Shown here in pieces: positions 33,148-38,073 of a stretch of DNA of 38,073 nt. Below the pieces are notes generated by a model that was not told the origin of the DNA, made no database searches, and saw nothing but the letters and a program-made list of their open reading frames with translations. Source of the stretch: Octopus bimaculoides (taxonomy: Eukaryota); contig NC_068981.1 of NCBI RefSeq assembly GCF_001194135.2, positions 157,341,713 through 157,379,785 of the forward strand, in the 5' to 3' direction. The number at the start of each line of letters is the position of its first letter. Position 1 is the first letter of the stretch. The translations under genes were made by a program, and so were the position numbers.

Positions 33148-33845
33148 CAGTGGTGGCTCGTGTATAGGTACTGCAGTACCCCCTATTTCCATTCGATATT
33201 ATCGATAACATGCAATATAATGAGTCCTTTTTTCTTTAATTCTTTCTGTATATTATATAATCCTCAAGTTTAATGTCAGTAGCCATCCCCTAGTTTATGA
33301 AAAAAATACAAAAACCTTTATATAGAACTGTGCGCTTCACAGTTCCAGCAACGCGGTGTTTGGCTGTTGTGCGAATGCTTACATGTCCGAGATAGGAAGC
33401 TTTACGCTAGGGAGAGAGAGAGCACTATCGTTCATCTAGTGCTGACCCCGGTGTGCTGATGAAAAGTAGTGTTTCTTTTTGACACCGCGTGCGTTGTGCT
33501 TAAAAACGTGTTTATGTTCTTGAATATGATAAAGTGTAGAATTAGATTATTATCCTGCTTCTAGCTTCAGTGTTGCTGCCAGGATTTGAAAAAATAGGGC
33601 ACATTTCCCCCGCTTATTTTGTGTTTTAGAGGGAATTTTTGAAAAGCAAGGGGCAAGGGGGCAATTCACGGCGGTGTACAGTGAACAAATTAAACACACT
33701 ACCCGGCAGTGGCTAAAACGCGAACCAATCAAGTTTATGTATAAATTTTTTTTTTATGTTTGTTTCCTTTTACACAATATTAAAACAAAGGCTAAAAATT
33801 TTCTGAAGCAGCACCCCTACTAATTTTATCTATGAGCCGCCACTG
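33148..33845. mobile_element. hAT-type MITE (698 bp), TIR CAGTGGCGGCTC
   Basis: Ends cagtggtggctc and gagccgccactg match at 11/12. The 8-bp TSD matches at 7/8: CCGCTCAA (33140-33147) and CCGCTTAA (33846-33853). Confidence 0.85.
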
Positions 33846-33889
33846 CCGCTTAATCATAACTATCATTTCTAGCATGCGAGGGGACAAGG

Positions 33890-34560
33890 TTTCAGAGGAG
33901 GGGAACAGTAGATTATATCGACTCTGGTACTTGATTGGTATTTCCTTTCATCGATCACGGAAATTGAAAAGGCAGAGTCAACCAAAAGCGAGATTTGAAT
34001 GCAAAGTGAAAACAGCAGGATCACATACCGCAAAGTATACCCTCGCTCTAACGATTTACCAAACCATAAACTTAGATAAACTTAGATATGTTTCGACCAA
34101 AGATTGGTCCAGGCCATGTCTAACTTAATAGTACCACCTGATCAACAATAATCATAATCGCGATTACTTTATATTTTGTATTTTTTTAACAACAGGTATA
34201 ATATTACTAGTGTCTGAATCGATCCCAAACTTTTGACTCTAGAAGAATTAAAGGCATGTCGAATGCGACAGGATTTGAACTCAAAACGTAAATCCTTGTA
34301 ATTAAATGTTGTAGGAACTTTTTCTAACACTATCGTATTTGCCATACAAAATGATGGGGCTTCGAGGTCACTTGGCTTATTAGGTAAAGCAGCAATAATC
34401 TCTCATTATATCACTTCATCAAAGAATTGGTGGAAGTATACAGCTTCGGACAAAATACCTTCCCTCCGCTGTCAACGAATTGGTGGACGCGTTAGCACAT
34501 TAGACAGACAAAACGCCTTGCAGTATTTGTTTTGACCCTGCGTTCTGAGTTCAAATCGTA
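33890..34560. mobile_element. Cluster of old SINE-B remnants (two minus at ~33890-34050 and ~34210-34340; one plus head at ~34465-34560)
   Basis: Degenerate 'gaaaaggcagagtcaac..gatttgaa', 'ggatttgaactcaaaacgtaa' and 'gcgttctgagttcaaatc'. Confidence 0.55.
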
Positions 34561-35247
34561 CCCCTTACTACTTGTGTGGTGGGCCTAATCTGACATCCAG
34601 CCTTTTTGTTGCAAGTATCTGGACCATTTTTGTTTTGTTTTGAGGATATATCCATCTATTTCTCCCACAAATCTCTGTAGCTTTGAAAAAGTTAAGCTAG
34701 GAAGGAGGAACAGATACTGTCATTCTCATGAGAGGTAATAACATTCATTGTTAACTGGTTATACTTTTTAGATCTAGTGTCTTGATAACAAAGAACATAT
34801 AAAATAACTGTCGAATCCAGTTTTCACTACAGCTGACTAAAAGATGAGTTAAAAAAAAAGGTACATCTAACAACACGGATGGTTAAGGCTGGTATGCTTT
34901 GATTATGTGTTTGCTCAATTAGGTCTGACCAAGTGCCAAACAACATTAACAACATCAAAAATAACTACAGCGCTCAAACCATCTGCACACTTCTAATGAT
35001 ACTGCCAACGGTAAACGTTACTAATGTAATAAAGACAACTACAAGAATTACAACAGCAAAAACAAAAAGAAAAGTAATGATGATTTCTAATAATAGCAGA
35101 ACCATATATCGTTGGTGCAAGTGAAAAGGTAAACAGATGTAATAGTCTGAAAATAGGTTAAGCCAGCTGCTTAGCTACCCCAAGGAGATTCACAGCGTGC
35201 GTTTAAAATGTGAAGTTAAATAAATATTATAGAGTTGAATTTTGATA

Positions 35248-35432
35248 ATAATAATGGTTTCAAATTTTGTCACAAGGGTAGTCTATTGTGGGAGGGGACT
35301 AGTCAATTACATCAACCCCAGTGTTTCACTGGTACTTAATTTTACCGATCCCGAACGGATGAAAGGCAAAGTCGACCTCGGCGGAATTTGAACTCAGAAC
35401 ATAAATAATAATAATAATAATAATAATAATTA
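35248..35432 (-). mobile_element. SINE family B copy with the head replaced by (AAT)n
   Basis: 'ggtttcaaattttgtcacaagg...gtcgacctcggcggaatttgaactcagaac' followed directly by (AAT)n. Confidence 0.9.
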
Positions 35433-35577
35433 TTAAAAGACACTGAAAAAGCTTACGCCTCACAGAAGTGACTGAACATGTTGATAATGTCACATTCTTG
35501 TGATGTAATCAGCAAGTGCTCCAAAATGTCATTTATGTATTATTTCCAATGCAGCATAACTGTTATATATCTATATA

Positions 35578-36118
35578 NNNNNNNNNNNNNNNNNNNNNNN
35601 NNNNNNNNNNNNNNNNNNNNNNNNNNNNNNNNNNNNNNNNNNNNNNNNNNNNNNNNNNNNNNNNNNNNNNNNNNNNNNNNNNNNNNNNNNNNNNNNNNNN
35701 NNNNNNNNNNNNNNNNNNNNNNNNNNNNNNNNNNNNNNNNNNNNNNNNNNNNNNNNNNNNNNNNNNNNNNNNNNNNNNNNNNNNNNNNNNNNNNNNNNNN
35801 NNNNNNNNNNNNNNNNNNNNNNNNNNNNNNNNNNNNNNNNNNNNNNNNNNNNNNNNNNNNNNNNNNNNNNNNNNNNNNNNNNNNNNNNNNNNNNNNNNNN
35901 NNNNNNNNNNNNNNNNNNNNNNNNNNNNNNNNNNNNNNNNNNNNNNNNNNNNNNNNNNNNNNNNNNNNNNNNNNNNNNNNNNNNNNNNNNNNNNNNNNNN
36001 NNNNNNNNNNNNNNNNNNNNNNNNNNNNNNNNNNNNNNNNNNNNNNNNNNNNNNNNNNNNNNNNNNNNNNNNNNNNNNNNNNNNNNNNNNNNNNNNNNNN
36101 NNNNNNNNNNNNNNNNNN
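35578..36118. other. Assembly gap (Ns)
   Basis: Run of N. Confidence 1.
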
Positions 36119-36330
36119 TATATGTTTGTGTGTGTGTCCCCCCAACATCGCTTGACAACCGATGTTGGTGTGTTTACGTCCCCGTAACTTAGCGGTTCGG
36201 CAAAATAGACCGATAGAATAAGTAATAGGCTTACAAAAAATAAGTCCTAGGGTCGATTTGCTCGATTAAAGGCGGTGCTCCAGCATGGCCGCAGTCAAAA
36301 TGACTGAAACAAGTAAAAGAATAAAAGAAT
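36119..36330 (+). mobile_element. SINE family A, 3' half (young-looking copy)
   Basis: 'cccccaacatcgcttgacaaccgatgttggtgtgtttacgtccccgtaacttagcggttcggc...ggcggtgctccagcatggccgcagtc...gtaaaagaataaaagaat'. Confidence 0.92.
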
Positions 36331-36824
36331 CTAAGTGGTAATCTAGAAAAGATGAGATTTTCAAGCAAAGAAAGTAACTAGTTTACACGCGCTTTGCAAA
36401 TACAATCTGTGAGCAGAACAGTAGTAATATGCAATACTTTTCTAAAGTTCAACACATAACGTTTCATCGCCTGTTGTTATTTAACGATGGTGTTATATTT
36501 TTTGTTAGAAGCTACCTCCTTCTTTGCAGGAAGAATTTAAATAACTAAAAAAGGAATACATATACGCATGTTTATATGGAAAGTTGGGAAACCACTGCGG
36601 CTTTAGAGGATTATGGAGAAAAATATGGTAAATCTATCCAGGCAGTATGAAGAAGCATTGCAATAAAGAGGTAAAATGAAACGTCACACAAGGAAAGGAA
36701 ACCCCGTAGATAGCAATAATCTTATACAATACACGAGAATATGGAGTAAGTTGTTCTAAAGACTTAAATACATACGGTACAAATTATGGCCCTTCTACAA
36801 AAATAATTGCATCATTACTTTTAT

Positions 36825-37204
36825 ATATCCTCGGAATGGTAATTGTTGAGCGAGCTCTTTTGAATATCGAAGACCGGTGTTTATAAAAAAAGTATTCAAC
36901 CGTCAAAAAGTATGTTTAACTGCGAAACCTTTGAAATAAAGTTTGTCAGATAAACAAAACTGACGATCTTATTATGTTGGCTTTTGAAAACTCAATGATT
37001 TCTCAGTTTATGTGAAAAACTGATGTTTCTAAATTTCAGATTTCAATCTTGGGTAGAAACTGTGCCAAATTTTTTGGCTGGAGGGCCGTTAGTTCAAAGG
37101 TTTTACAATTTTAGCGTCCTTTTTGACGGTTGAATCGTTATTTATGGACACTTTCACTCGATATTTAACGGAGAGCTCGCTAAAAAATGTCATTCATAGG
37201 ATAT
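36825..37204. mobile_element. MITE-like element with ~110-bp imperfect terminal inverted repeats
   Basis: Arms 36825-36935 and 37093-37204 share agcgagctct, aatatcga, attcaaccgtcaaaaag and aaacctttgaa in inverted orientation. The ends lie in TA-rich sequence. Confidence 0.8.
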
Positions 37205-37319
37205 GTTAGCATACTGATGCAATTTTTTTTTTTTTTGTAGAATTACAAATTATACCGTGTGTTTCCAAGTCTTTAGAATGTATACTCCGTATTCCTGAGT
37301 GTCGTATAAGACGAATAAA

Positions 37320-37420
37320 AAGGATTGGCGTCAGATAAAGCTTTCGTTGCAAAATACTACCTGAAAAATTTCCGCCCAATCTATGCTAGCGTAGAAAAGC
37401 GGACATAAAATTGATGATGA
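37320..37420 (+). mobile_element. Degenerate retroposon 3' tail ending in (GAT)n
   Basis: 'ttggcgtcag...tatgctagcgtagaaaagcggacataaaattgatgatgat'. Same family as the tail at ~7925-7959. Confidence 0.6.
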
Positions 37421-38073
37421 TAAGAAGGATGAAAGTCAGTGGCATAACGAGGATTTTGGCCGTTCCGTACTGTAGTTAAATTGGCTGCTCACTTCCTAAA
37501 ACATAACAAGCCTTCAACCACAGCAAACACACATATATACAGTGGTTACTCTGTGCGGTCTGTACACCTCTTAGATTCCAGATTACACCATTGGTTAGTA
37601 TTTGTTGTGCTTGTAAGTTTTTTTGCTGTTAATGTTTGATAAAGATTCGTAGAATTTATTCTCAGTAGCAGAAATAATTCACTTCAATATAATTACGTTT
37701 AAAGATGTTACTGAGGGCGTTGGCTGAGGAAAATGTAGGTCTGTTAGCTTAAAGAAATTTTTGGCTTTGTTGGTGCATACGTGTAAAATAAAAAAAAAGG
37801 TTGTAACAAATATACACAAAACAATACCTGCAACATATATAAGTAACTTAGTTTAATCTTTTTTAACAAGTTTTTTTTTTCTATATTTTCGCGCGAGATC
37901 TTCACAGAAAATATGAAAAACCTGACGTAAAAGATAAAAACTAGAAAGAAAAAAAACCGCCGTTACACACATGTACACACACACACACACACACGATACA
38001 ATATATATCATACCCTGAATTCGCAAACAAGTTTATTAGTGTATGCATGTCAGTATTTATAGCAGCATATGTA

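Noticed and set aside
5763-35400. Orientation bias of SINE-B copies (about 9 minus versus 4 plus)
   Set aside because: Too few copies, several of them clustered or nested, so not distinguishable from chance.
30243-36597. One 6.3-kb hAT element bounded by the two solo TIRs
   Set aside because: The flanking 8-mers (CACGAGAT versus CGGCTTTA) do not match and no transposase lies between them.

Overview
AT-rich, repeat-dense animal genomic DNA with four N-gaps (7960-8664, 18527-18676, 24501-24683, 35578-36118). The SINE families and microsatellite load suggest an octopod cephalopod; this is inference from recognising the repeats. The only host coding sequence I can confidently support is a ninjurin-family gene on the minus strand (9380-9736). 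Its whole conserved core lies in one exon behind a good splice acceptor. The rest is transposon debris: many tRNA-derived SINEs, a Penelope-like GIY-YIG retroelement remnant, RTE-type LINE pieces, a Helitron helicase remnant, a piggyBac derivative, two hAT MITEs, a Merlin-like MITE and another long-TIR MITE. The most interesting structures are: a perfect 73-bp inverted repeat built from a rearranged LINE 3' end upstream of the ninjurin exon; a perfect 30-bp-arm hairpin; a repeat-SINE-repeat-SINE-repeat array with three identical 15-bp direct repeats; and a decayed hammerhead-like motif at the Penelope 3' end. I found no convincing new multi-gene system. Almost all ORFs in the supplied track are microsatellite or N-gap artefacts.
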